Shown piece by piece: positions 24,227-35,074 of a stretch of DNA of 38,085 nucleotides. The notes beneath the pieces are model-generated. The model was not told where the DNA came from. It did not search any database and saw only the letters and a program-made list of their open reading frames with translations. Origin of the DNA: Octopus bimaculoides (Eukaryota); contig NC_068981.1 of NCBI RefSeq assembly GCF_001194135.2, positions 91,558,751 through 91,596,835 on the forward strand, read 5' to 3'. The position numbers were made by a program, and so were the translations under genes. How positions within the stretch are numbered: position 1 is the first letter of the stretch; each line of letters begins with the position of its first letter.

Positions 24227-24390
24227 AGGCGGAGGCGTGGCTTCGTAATAAGAATTTTGGTACTAAACCACCATGTTTTCACGTTCAGTTTCACTGCTTG
24301 GCACAATGACGAAGTCTCTTCTACTACAGTCCCGGCCAACAAAAACCTTGCGAGTGAATTTGGTAGGCGTAGACTGAAAGAAGCCAGCCG
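24227..24390 (+). mobile_element. SINE family B head (paralog of 20697)
   Basis: AGGCGGAGGCGTGGCTTCGTAATAAG...GACTGAAAGAAGCC; 3' half not seen after the microsatellite and gap. Confidence 0.85.
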
Positions 24391-24466
24391 TATATATGTA
24401 TATAAATATGTATGCATGTATGTATGCATGTATGCATGTATGTATGTATGTGTGTANNNNNNNNNN

Positions 24467-24501
<35 letters not shown>

Positions 24502-24689
24502 CATATATATAACACATGCATGCGTATGCGTGTATCCTCACACACACGTATACACGTAAATACACACATGTATCACATAAGTGTGTTCGTGATTTGTATA
24601 TTTCAAAACACACACACACACCAATTCACAGAACAACGAACTATATAAAAAAAGAAAGAACCTTGTCAAACTACAAATACCTCTCGTGT

Positions 24690-25135
24690 CAGTCAACAAT
24701 AAAGCCGTTTCTGGTTAATGCAGAGTTCCACACTTACCAAACTACCAAAAATTGGTCAATTTTCTTCAGTTTTCTTCAACTTACTTTCATACCTGACCAC
24801 TGGTGGGCTCAGATCACGCGACCGTCACTATAGAGATTTTGTTTTCTCCAAGACTAACCGTCGCAGGAAGATATTTTTATCGCCGTTGTATTCCAATTCC
24901 GATATCACACACGCAATTGTGTGTCGAAGAGTTCTGGGCAAATCAGCTTGTCTTGGAGTGAGAGTCTGTGGAATAAAAGTCTGCTGAGTTCAGTCTAGCA
25001 CTACTGACCTTTTAGATTCAATTTCTTGTTTTAGTTGCTGTGGTGATGGAGTCGGGGGTCGCCGTCGTCATGATGGTGGTGATGGAGGTGGTGGTGGTGG
25101 TGGTGGTGGTGTTTCTTTTCTACCTCTGGTCACTA
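24690..25135 (-). pseudogene. Decayed Pro-rich reading frame, possibly retroelement ORF1/gag-like; family unidentified
   Basis: About 145 codons in one frame with 5 internal stops (4 TGA, 1 TAG) in a locally GC-richer segment. Confidence 0.4.
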
Positions 25136-25208
25136 ATTAGACATTGCAAGTTCAATAAAACGAATTGCAGCTCCATGACAGATTGTATAAAGTTTTACAG
25201 AGAGAGAC

Positions 25209-25241
<33 letters not shown>

Positions 25242-25395
25242 CACACACACACACACACACATATATGTGTGTGTGTGCGTGTATATATAAGTATGTCTAT
25301 GCCATTCTACTTTGTGGACACCCTGTAGAATGGCATAGACATACTTATATATATATATATGTGTGTGTGTGTATAAGTATGTCTATGCCATTCTA

Positions 25396-25598
25396 CAGGG
25401 TGTCCACAAAGTCTAGGTATATGGGGTTAACATATACTTTAAGAAATTATTTCTTATATTTAATTGTTTATGTCATGATTTTATTTACTCCATGTACCCT
25501 CATGGGGATTAACACATAAGAAATTATTATTTCTTATATCTAATTGTTTATGGTATGATTTTATTTACTCCATGTACCCAGACTTTGCGGAAACCCTG
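25396..25598. mobile_element. Tc1/mariner-type MITE with internal tandem duplication
   Basis: TA|CAGGGTGTCCACAAAGTCTAGGTATATGG ... CCATGTACCCAGACTTTGCGGAAACCCTG|TA. Confidence 0.9.
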
Positions 25599-25654
25599 TA
25601 CATATATATGTATGTATGAATGTATATGTGCGTGGGTGTGCATGTTTGTGTATG

Positions 25655-25700
<46 letters not shown>

Positions 25701-25703
<3 letters not shown>

Positions 25704-25916
25704 TCTTTTCTACTCTAGGCACAAGGCCTGAAATTTTGGGGAGGGGGGGCAATCGATTAGATCGACTCCAGTACGCAACTGGTACTTAATTTATCGACCC
25801 CGAAAAGATGAAAGGCAAAGTCGACCACGGCGGAATTTGAACTCAAAACGTAAAGACAGACGAAATACCGGTAAGCATTTCGCCCGCCGTGTTAACGTTT
25901 CTGCCAGCTCGCCGCC
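25701..25916 (-). mobile_element. tRNA-derived SINE family A, well-preserved full-length copy
   Basis: Minus strand: GGCGGCGAGCTGGCAGAAACG (A box), GAGTTCAAATTCC (B box), CTTTCATCTTTTCGGGGTCGATAAATTAAGTACCAG central domain, tail ending AGAGTAGAAAAGAAT in a (TA)n tract. Confidence 0.95.
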
Positions 25917-26149
25917 TTGTGTATATATTTATGTATTGATATGTATATGTCATATATTTACATGTATATGCATGTATAAATGTATGTATGTGTGTGTATG
26001 TGTGTGTGTGCATGTATGCGGTAGAATTGTACCGTACGCAAGACGTAATGTAGGTCATCTCTCTCTGTTCCTCTTTTTCTCTCTCTCTCTCACACACACA
26101 TATATATGTCAGGGTAAGCACATAAATGTGAGAGGTAGAGTGATATGCT

Positions 26150-26310
26150 TTATTAAAAAGCATGAAAAATATCACAAAAACTGTTACTTAGAGTGTCCCG
26201 TTCCCGTCCGTTTGACAGTTTTGATTAGAACCTATAGAAAACTGTCCGATGAACGGGAATATGAAATTCTGAGTAACAGTTTTTGTGATATTTTTGCTGC
26301 TTTTTAATAA
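26150..26310. repeat. Small foldback element (39-bp outer arms plus inner imperfect arms), possible MITE
   Basis: 26150-26188 versus 26272-26310 inverted with 2 mismatches; inner TTCCCGT...GACAGTTTT / AAAACTGTC...ACGGGAA. Confidence 0.85.
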
Positions 26311-26380
26311 TGCACATATATATGTCTGTATTTTAATGAAGCACATATATATGTCTGCATGTACTTTCGTATATTGTTAT

Positions 26381-26431
<51 letters not shown>

Positions 26432-26830
26432 CGCATGTGTGTGTGTTTGACCTCGTTCTGCCTCTTGAGGCAGAAAAACCTATATACATCTAGTCTCTTC
26501 TCCCCAGACTATCAGACGCTCTTTTCCTTAATAAGCTGTCGATCCGATAGAGTCTTTTTTTTTTATTTTGATTATCAATAGCTCCAGGGTTTTGATCTAA
26601 TCTAACTCAAACTGACTGTTCTATCATCTCAAGGATAAGGAATAATTTCAGTGTATTAAGAATTTATCATTTATAGTATTAAGATAATCTTCCTTGATTT
26701 TCAAATGCATGCTACTGGCCTCCCATAGTTATTTGTATCCAAGCACAAAGAGAGAGAGAGAGAGGGGGGGGAGACATGCACACGCGTCTGCGTCTAAGTA
26801 TGTATGTATGTATGTATGTATGTATGTATG

Positions 26831-26869
<39 letters not shown>

Positions 26870-26884
26870 GTGTATTTATCTATC

Positions 26885-27730
26885 TATTAATAAGTATTCA
26901 GACTGTTGCTACAGTAACGAAGTTGGAGCTCGCCCATTGAAGCCGCATGGCGCAGATTGACTGTGAATTCTGTGGTGCCTAAGTTTTAACATTCTGGCTC
27001 ACTTCCGCTTGAAGGAACGTGTGTAGCGTGTGATCGTCACATTGAGAATGACACAGAAACTTGAGCAGAGAATATGCATCAAATTTTGCCAAAATCTTAG
27101 TGATACCTGCTCAGAGGCCGACGTAAAGTATTCAAAAAGTTTTCAAGGAGATCTTGTGCAACTGAAACACGAGTGTCTCTTTGGTCAGTTGAAAGCAATT
27201 TTGACACAAACTTGGCAGGCACGCGTCTCGTACCCAAATAGTAAGTGATAATAGACTGAACTGAACCGTAAGTAATCTGCACATCCTCTGACAACTCATG
27301 GATAGTGATTCGACGATTTCCCCTCACAGCCGCACGCACATCTGCGATGTTTATCTCAGTTCTGTTGGTTGCGAGTCTCCCAGAGCGTTCGTCAATATCG
27401 ACATTTTCTCAGCCATCTTGCAAACGTCTGAACCACTTGTACACTTGTGTGCAGCTCATGCACTCTTCTCCATATACTTTCTACAACTTTGTGTAGGCCT
27501 TTGAGTTCTTATCGTCATTACAACTTTCTCTGTGATAGTCAATGCGACGATCATACTGTACAGACTTTCTTTCCATGCGCTGCTATAAACAGTGAAAATG
27601 AAGCAGAGCGTCAAAATTTAGTGCGCATGCACAGCAGTGACCATGTTCACGCTGAACCAAGCGGCTTTACTCTGTATGCTCTATCTTCGTTACTATGGCA
27701 ACAATCTGGATACTTATTGATCGGACCTCG
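26885..27730. mobile_element. Mariner 5'-5' foldback derivative, copy 2 (both ends largely present)
   Basis: Plus arm: TIR remnant, UTR, MTQKLEQRICIKFCQNL; minus arm: TA|CGAGGTCCGATCAATAAGTATCCAGATTG, UTR, ...RRITIHELSEDVQITYGSVQSII...RRVPAKFVSKLL; arms meet near 27141-27146. Confidence 0.9.
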
Positions 27731-28089
27731 TATATGTATATCTATTCAACTTTCTGCCAAGCTGTTTCATTTGCAACCTATATTAAGACTATATCTCTCT
27801 GTTTATCTAGTTCCCTTTCTCCTAACTCCAACTTCTCAGTCTTATTCATCCCTGCATATCCATTCTCTTTCTCCACTGTTCTTTAAACGGGGCAGTTGAT
27901 TAGAAATTTCGTAATTGCTCCAGATTTCAGTTAATACCGAACATCTACTGTAAATGTTGTTACATGATTATATACGTTTCTTATCTACTGTATGACACGT
28001 TTCTATGAATCAACTCTACTGTAGAATCTCGCCGATGTATATTCTATCAGTCCTGGTGAAATGTAATATTCTCTTTATCTAATGTTGAA

Positions 28090-28155
28090 GATGCTTATTT
28101 AACAAAAATGTTTATTTAACAAAGATGTTTATTTAACAAAGATGTTTATTTAACA
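28090..28155. repeat. 17-bp minisatellite, about 4 copies (ATGTTTATTTAACAAAG)
   Basis: Units start at 28091, 28108, 28125, 28142, head to tail. Confidence 0.92.
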
Positions 28156-28159
28156 TTCA

Positions 28160-28250
28160 AAAGGTTTCCGGTTCGATCCTTTCTCCCCTTATCATTAGGC
28201 CGATTCAAGCCTTGTAAATAAAATTGAACAAAAGTAACTAAGAGGAAAAC
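28160..28250 (+). mobile_element. Very degraded SINE family B fragment
   Basis: GGTTTCCGGTTCGATCC B-box-like, GGCCGA..CAAGCCTTGTAA. Confidence 0.3.
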
Positions 28251-28989
28251 CATCGATTGGTGTATACGTGCAATTCAAAGGTGTAACGGAATATTACGTA
28301 AGATGATTTATATTAATTTAACAGTTTCTGAGCAAATAGCTATTAATTTCCATGCATTATCGTTGCTGTAATTAATTTCAACATCAAGTCAGCGCAAAGG
28401 AAACGCTCGGCTGATATAATCGGATGCTCATGGTATGACTATTTCGCCTGTTTTCCAGCTATGGTGAGTCTAAGAGTATGACATCTCATATTCTTGTGAT
28501 GTTTGAAGATGGCACAGTGAGAATTTTTATGAGATCTCATTTCCTGTAGTAGGTGCTGCACTGAGATACACATAGGTTCCTTTTGTCATGTGTGCATCTA
28601 TAATCGTTCAGAATCTTACATCGGTATTTACTCCTTAAAATTCAGTCTATTGGCAGAACCGTTGGAACACTTTGTCTCAAATTCGGAGAGTGAACATAAT
28701 AGGTAAAAGTGACGTTCAGAGGTCGAATTTATAGTTTACATCTATCCCTTTTCTTCGAGACCAGTGAGATGGATGAAGCGGTAGAATGCTAAGGTAAAGT
28801 GCTTGTAAATTGCTAACAAACTTTGTTTGCGATTCATAAGTTCTTTATTCAGTATTACTCATTGTAGAATTTCCACAAATACTGCTGGGTTCAAATATAT
28901 TTACATGTCTGTTTTCTCCATATATAATTAAACTTTAGATGTGTATTTGAAAGTATATGCTCTGAGGCATATCTCTCAGCTGTTTACCA

Positions 28990-29140
28990 CCTGAGGTCAA
29001 ATACCGTCAAGATTAACTTAGCTTTTCATCCTTTGAGTGTCGATCAAAATCAGTAATGGTGGAGTATTGTAGCCGATGTAAACGACTTCGCCCTTCCCTC
29101 GAAACTGCCAGCCTGGTGCCGAAACTTGAAATAGTATTAA
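28990..29140 (+). mobile_element. Degraded SINE family A copy
   Basis: GAGGTCAAATACC...GCTTTTCATCCTTTGAGTGTCGATCAAAAT...GATGTAAACGACT...CTGGTGCCGAAACTTGAAA. Confidence 0.7.
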
Positions 29141-29182
29141 ATATGTACGTCATTAGACAGGAAAAGTCAATGAAGGGCAATG

Positions 29183-29434
29183 CATTATTGCTTTTGTAGG
29201 CCCTGCCCTATTTAACACTATCCCAAAAGAAATGAAAAGTACAAAGATCCCATCATCTTTATACGGAATCTGGACAAAGGTCTTCAAGGGATACAACTCA
29301 CTCAACAAGAACTTCCTATTTGAACGGGCCATAATATCACAAAACTTGACTTGAAAAGAATTTAGCAAATCCTATCTGGTGGGGCTATCAAGAGAGACAT
29401 GGCCTGAAGCAATCATTGGTCGAAACATATCTAA

Positions 29435-29435
<1 letters not shown>
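29183..29435 (+). mobile_element. 3' end fragment of a CR1/L2-like LINE
   Basis: VGPALFNTIPKEMK then (frameshift) KDPIIFIRNLDKGLQGI, resembling the GPxLFNxLP...FKxxLDKFL C-terminus; short 3' tail then (TA)n(TG)n. Confidence 0.6.
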
Positions 29436-29510
<75 letters not shown>

Positions 29511-30749
29511 AAAAATTGAAAGGCTTATTAGCAATTAGAACCTAAAGGCACAATTAACGGAGGCCACAAAAATGACAGAAGGTACACACTAGCCTCGCTT
29601 TTTCTAAAAATAATATCTAAAATTACTCAAATGCCATATAAGCACTGAACAAAGGGAGGTAAGTGCCAAGCGTACATAGTCGGTACATGATTTCGGATTT
29701 TGTTGTTGACCATTTTAATCCTCATCAGCGATATTTAACGCCTAGAGTTAAACTTAACTACCTCTGTCAATCTTATAAGAAAACCTGTTGAAAATACGTG
29801 CTGATTTTCCAAACGGTAAAAGTGTAAATAAAAAATTTTAAAAAGGGTGATTTATTATTAATTAGAGACTCTGCCAGTCATTAAGTTCAGTGCTTTTGTG
29901 TCTTTTAAATTATTTTAACTCTTATTTTTGGTAAAAGCAGTGCTAGTCAGTACTCACTGTCAATTTTGTAACCCCCCTCTCTCTCTCTACACACACACAC
30001 ATATATGTATATATATTTAAATCATAATACATAGATACAAGTAAAACGGTAGTACTCATAAAAAAGCTCCTTAATTTATCATTCTACAAAAATACAATTT
30101 ATAGTAAAGTACAAGAGAAAACGATAAGGAGTATATGAAGACATAAATGACAGAGACATAGTTTGATGAAATTTTATTTAAGAATAAGAAAATTCTAATA
30201 TCACGACAAATTGTATCGTAACTTAAAATCATGTAAAAAAAAATTATTATTATATTTACTAATAGAGAAGTTATTTACCTGTCTGCAAAACATTCTTCAA
30301 AATAATACAGACATGTAAATAATTTATTTATTATTAAATATAATAATATACATCATTTACATGTTTTTAAGTTACAAAGCAATTTGTGCTAATATTAGAA
30401 TTTACTTATTGTTATATAAAATTTCTTCAAAGTATTTCTGTACAATTTATTTCCCATTATACGACGGTTTGGCTATTTATAAAGATACCAGAAAAAGCCG
30501 TGTGCCTCGGTAACCTGTGGTCCGATTTAATCAAAACTTGTTTTATTCATTTGTATTCACATGAGCATCCGTTTCATGACGCCTCGTGTTTTTGTCTCTT
30601 TCTCTGTGTTTCGCTAGACTCTCAGGTCTCAGAGTGTCCGATTCTTCATCTGTTCTGCTTCTGTCTGTTTCCCTCTGTTCCGCCAGACGCTCAGCCTTTG
30701 CTTTATTAGTCTCATCGATCATTCTATTCGTATGCCTGTCCCGATCTTA

Positions 30750-31230
30750 GGTAAATATTTTGTAAAGGACCCGTTCGTACTTCGGTGTGAAATAATTTTT
30801 TCCATAGGGTTTGTTCGAGTGCATTCAACGTATCTCACCTACAAACCAAACCACAAGCCACTTTCTTCCGAAAAAGAATGAGGGAAGAAGTTGTGGGAAC
30901 CTCAGAGTTTCTCGGGAAACTCTGAGTTTCCACCAACAGAGTTTTGTTTTGTGAGTTTTTCTTTTTCACTTATTTCGCATGCTGTCAAGGAATGTGACAT
31001 CAAAATTACGCGTAAACGGATCTTTCCCCAGAAAAAGAAAGATTTGGCTGTTATTTCTTGTACGCGTTGCTACCACGTAACAGCTATTTCGGGTTCTTGG
31101 TAGCAAGACGTGATAAACAGCAGTCAAATCTTTGGAGGTGAGATACGTTGAATGCACTCGAAACAAACCTATGGATAAAAGTTATTTCATACCGAGGTTA
31201 TGAACGGGTCTTTTGGCGAAATATTTACCG
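30750..31230. mobile_element. Non-autonomous TIR element (about 480 bp, ~91-bp TIRs, TA flanks) with internal hairpins
   Basis: 30750-30840 is the imperfect reverse complement of 31136-31230, including a perfect inner TCGAGTGCATTCAACGTATCTCACCT; TA at 30748-30749 and 31231-31232. Confidence 0.88.
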
Positions 31231-31647
31231 TATTTTTAAAGTCATTTTCACTTTAAAATATTTTTTAAATATGCCAAAAATAATTTTTGTAATTTTATAT
31301 TCACTTGAAAATAATTTTAAAAAGCATTAAAATATTGTCTGTTTAAAGAAAGCTAAAATTTGAACCGTTACTGTAAAAACAACTTACATTCTTGAAATGA
31401 TATTCACTTAAAAATATTTCTAAATGATAAAAATATTGTGTTTAAAAACAACTCGTATTTTTTCGTTGCCAAGTAACTAATGTTTCTAATCGAAAGGTGA
31501 GAATTTCTTCCCTTTCAGGGTTAAGTAATTTTCGGAGTATTTTAACATTATGCACCGTTTTGAGTATTTATACCCAGAAAACCCCTAATATCTCAACAAC
31601 CAGTTGTCTGATTTATGCGATACTTGTTTTATTCCGTAGGTATTCAC

Positions 31648-31650
<3 letters not shown>

Positions 31651-31720
<70 letters not shown>
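31651..31720. repeat. (TAT)n microsatellite
   Basis: About 23 units directly visible. Confidence 0.97.
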
Positions 31721-31722
<2 letters not shown>

Positions 31723-31943
31723 AGCGAAGGAAAAACTATTCCTTCAAACGAATGTAAAACATCTAATTCACTGTTACAACAGTGGAATACTGCAGGTAAA
31801 GGAGTATAATTATAATGTAGAAATATTAAATTAAATATATCTACATTCTGTTATTCTTGGGCGTGAAATTAATATACTTTGTTCTTCCCTCACCTGTCTA
31901 TATCTCTTGTTTTTTGTCTTCTTTGTACAAATTTGAACCATAA

Positions 31944-31945
<2 letters not shown>

Positions 31946-31987
<42 letters not shown>

Positions 31988-32008
31988 ACACACACATACA
32001 CACACACA
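31946..32008. repeat. (CA)n microsatellite
   Basis: Directly visible. Confidence 0.97.
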
Positions 32009-32939
32009 TTGAAAACACTAGCGCCTGTAATTTTTCATGGAATAGATGAAAGAGTAAGCAAATGGAAAGCACCATCTTTCCATAGAAAAACAGGAATACT
32101 ATATACTTTTGAAAGAATCGACCAATCGAGTGTTGAGTAGTAAAGGAAAGAATAGAAATTGAAGATATGATCAGAAATGAACACTAAATTATGTATACGC
32201 CAGCTACTACTAAATCTTAAGGACTTCCATTATCTTGTAAAGGCAATCGTATTTTGTTTTCCAAAACTTCAATCAGAAACAGAAATAATCTCTTCTGAGT
32301 AGTTGAATCTTCACACTATTTTGTTTCAAAAATAATAATTCACAAATTCCCATTCTCTTCCTTATCATATTTCCGCGATCTTGTGCAAAACCAAGAATTT
32401 CATCTGTCAAATTATATTTAGTATCTCTTTTGCATTTTCTTCAAATCTCCCACATTTCTGTAACATCATAATTTCTCCATACTTCCCTTCCGATGAATGA
32501 AATTCCATTATATGAATATTCTTTGTTTCTTTTTGTTTGGCTTCAATTATTTCCCCTCTTTTACTTTTTCTCCCTCATCGATATTTTTATTTTTATATTT
32601 AGTTAAATTATATGTAGATTATTTTTTAATAGATGCTCCTTAAACTATTTGCATCTTATTAGTTTATGCATATTCATTCTATATTTCCTCTTGCTTCATT
32701 TAGCTAAGTTACTGTTTTTTTTTTGTCTTTTGAAATCTCGTTATTTTCGTTTGTATGATTCCATCATCATACTACCGCTTTTTCAATTCTCAAGATATTT
32801 TTCTACATTTGAAGAACTTGCGTTGATAATTACTGTAGCTACAATGATAACAATTCTGCTAAGGGTAATTTTGTTCGAATCTTTTCACAAGAAGTATCAT
32901 TTGCGTTGTTGCTTTTTTCTTGTAAATAATATTTACACA

Positions 32940-32972
<33 letters not shown>

Positions 32973-34098
32973 GCGCGAGTTCACTCACTTATTTACTCAC
33001 TCACACATGCATTAGAACACACACACATGTATGCTCAGTGTGTGTGTATAGCTAATTATAAGTGTGTGTACGTAACTAATTCTATGTGTGTGGATACATA
33101 ATCCTTTGAATTTTCAATGTTATACCTTGATTCTGTTGAAAAGAATGGGAACAAAGGGGAAATAACAACAGAATGAAAATACGATACTTGTAAGAAAAAG
33201 ACCCAGTAAATTGTATAATACAGTATAACAACAGAAAATAAGCTGAACGAAAAAGGAAAATGAATATCAAAATCTTGAGAATATAAATTGAATCTCGAGT
33301 TTTCATATTAATGATCAACGTTTGTTACAACCTTAGATTGAATAGGCTGAATTCCTTCAAGAACAACGGGTTGAACCATTGAAATACACTCTATGTTTCA
33401 AGAAATACATTTTTATAAGTATTATAAATTGTTACTATTCCTTCCTTTTAGTTCTTTTATGGAACAAAATATTATAAGATATTGAGTAAGTCATAAAGAG
33501 TCTTTAAAATTAGTGGCACTTAAGGAATTTTTGTGACCAAGTTCAGATTTAGACAACCTCTCTTCAGAACTCTGTTGAGACATGCAACATTATGTGGCCG
33601 TTAGACCTTCTAAAATAAGATTTTAATGCATTTAATAATGAAAGATTACCATCTACCAACTAATTAAATATTCTGTTTTATAAATGAAAAAATTGTCACT
33701 CGTAGAAAGACTTTGTCATACATCAGTCTGAGCGAATTTTATTCCAGGTCAAACAGCAGGAGCAGTAAGTCTTTGAGAAATTATTTCTTCAATGTGTATA
33801 TAATGATTTTTGTTTTGAATATAAAAGCAATCTTTAGACACCAAGAGCAATATATAGAAAGCAAATCTAAAGAAGGCAGTAGGTAAAATATCAGCAATAT
33901 TTCTGTGTTAGCACAGACACAGAAGACTTTTTCAATGCTCTTGTTTTACTACAATTATTAACAATGGTGTTTTATCTCTTTTTACATCATTATTTCCATT
34001 TGGAAAAAGATGTTTTTAGTGTCCGCCGATTTTTTTATTACATTGCCATTAAAAATTCCAAAGAAAATATAGTAGTGGTAATATATACATATACATAT

Positions 34099-34135
<37 letters not shown>

Positions 34136-34422
34136 NNNNNNNNNNNNNNNNNNNNNNNNNNNNNNNNNNNNNNNNNNNNNNNNNNNNNNNNNNNNNNNNN
34201 NNNNNNNNNNNNNNNNNNNNNNNNNNNNNNNNNNNNNNNNNNNNNNNNNNNNNNNNNNNNNNNNNNNNNNNNNNNNNNNNNNNNNNNNNNNNNNNNNNNN
34301 NNNNNNNNNNNNNNNNNNNNNNNNNNNNNNNNNNNNNNNNNNNNNNNNNNNNNNNNNNNNNNNNNNNNNNNNNNNNNNNNNNNNNNNNNNNNNNNNNNNN
34401 NNNNNNNNNNNNNNNNNNNNNN

Positions 34423-34453
<31 letters not shown>

Positions 34454-35074
34454 GATGTATTTGTGCCTCTCTGTGTGTGTGTGTGTGTGTGTATTTCATT
34501 TTAAGTACCAGTCATGCAAGTTATTTTCTGTCCAATTTCTTTTGCTGCCGCCATTGACGTCGTATTCCTTTCCGAAACATAAAGAATTTGCTGGTGTTTG
34601 GTATTATTATTTTTGCTGTTGTTATTACCTTGTGTCAGTGAAATTTCATTGAGCATACGTTTATGCATACATACATGCATACATACATATATGCATACAT
34701 GCATACATGTATACATACATACATACATACATAATACATGCATGCATGCATACATACGTGTGTCTGTGTGTTTGTATATATATATATTACTTAATTTTCT
34801 TCTTTCAACCTTATGGGATTTGATCTATTTTCGTTTTCGTCGTATGATGTACATTTGCATTAATTATTCAGATGTCAAAAAACAACACCGATGATATTTG
34901 CCCAGATGTGCCGACGACCGCCATGCAGCGAGATATTCTGGCTATAATTTTACGACAATTTCTATCCTGTCATTGCAGGTCAGCTTTAATTAAGCAAACA
35001 TATGATGTTTGTTTTTATTGAGATAAGCTATAATTAAAGGCATTCAAACTGTGACCATCTTTTCTTTTTCAGAC

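Larger units (their letters stand above)
22823..27556 (+). repeat. Tandem segmental duplication, unit 2 (4.7 kb, includes about 1.9 kb not shared with unit 1)
   Basis: See unit 1; 24470-26360 has no counterpart in the sequenced part of unit 1. Confidence 0.95.

Noticed and set aside
25701-25916. A/B boxes as a tRNA gene
   Set aside because: No complete cloverleaf; the head continues into a SINE body with several paralogs in the window.
28090-28155. Short repeat array as CRISPR
   Set aside because: Units are head to tail with no spacers, in eukaryotic DNA: a minisatellite.
32240-32525. Purine-rich minus-strand stretch with two stop-poor frames
   Set aside because: No motif recognised, and base skew alone can lower stop density.
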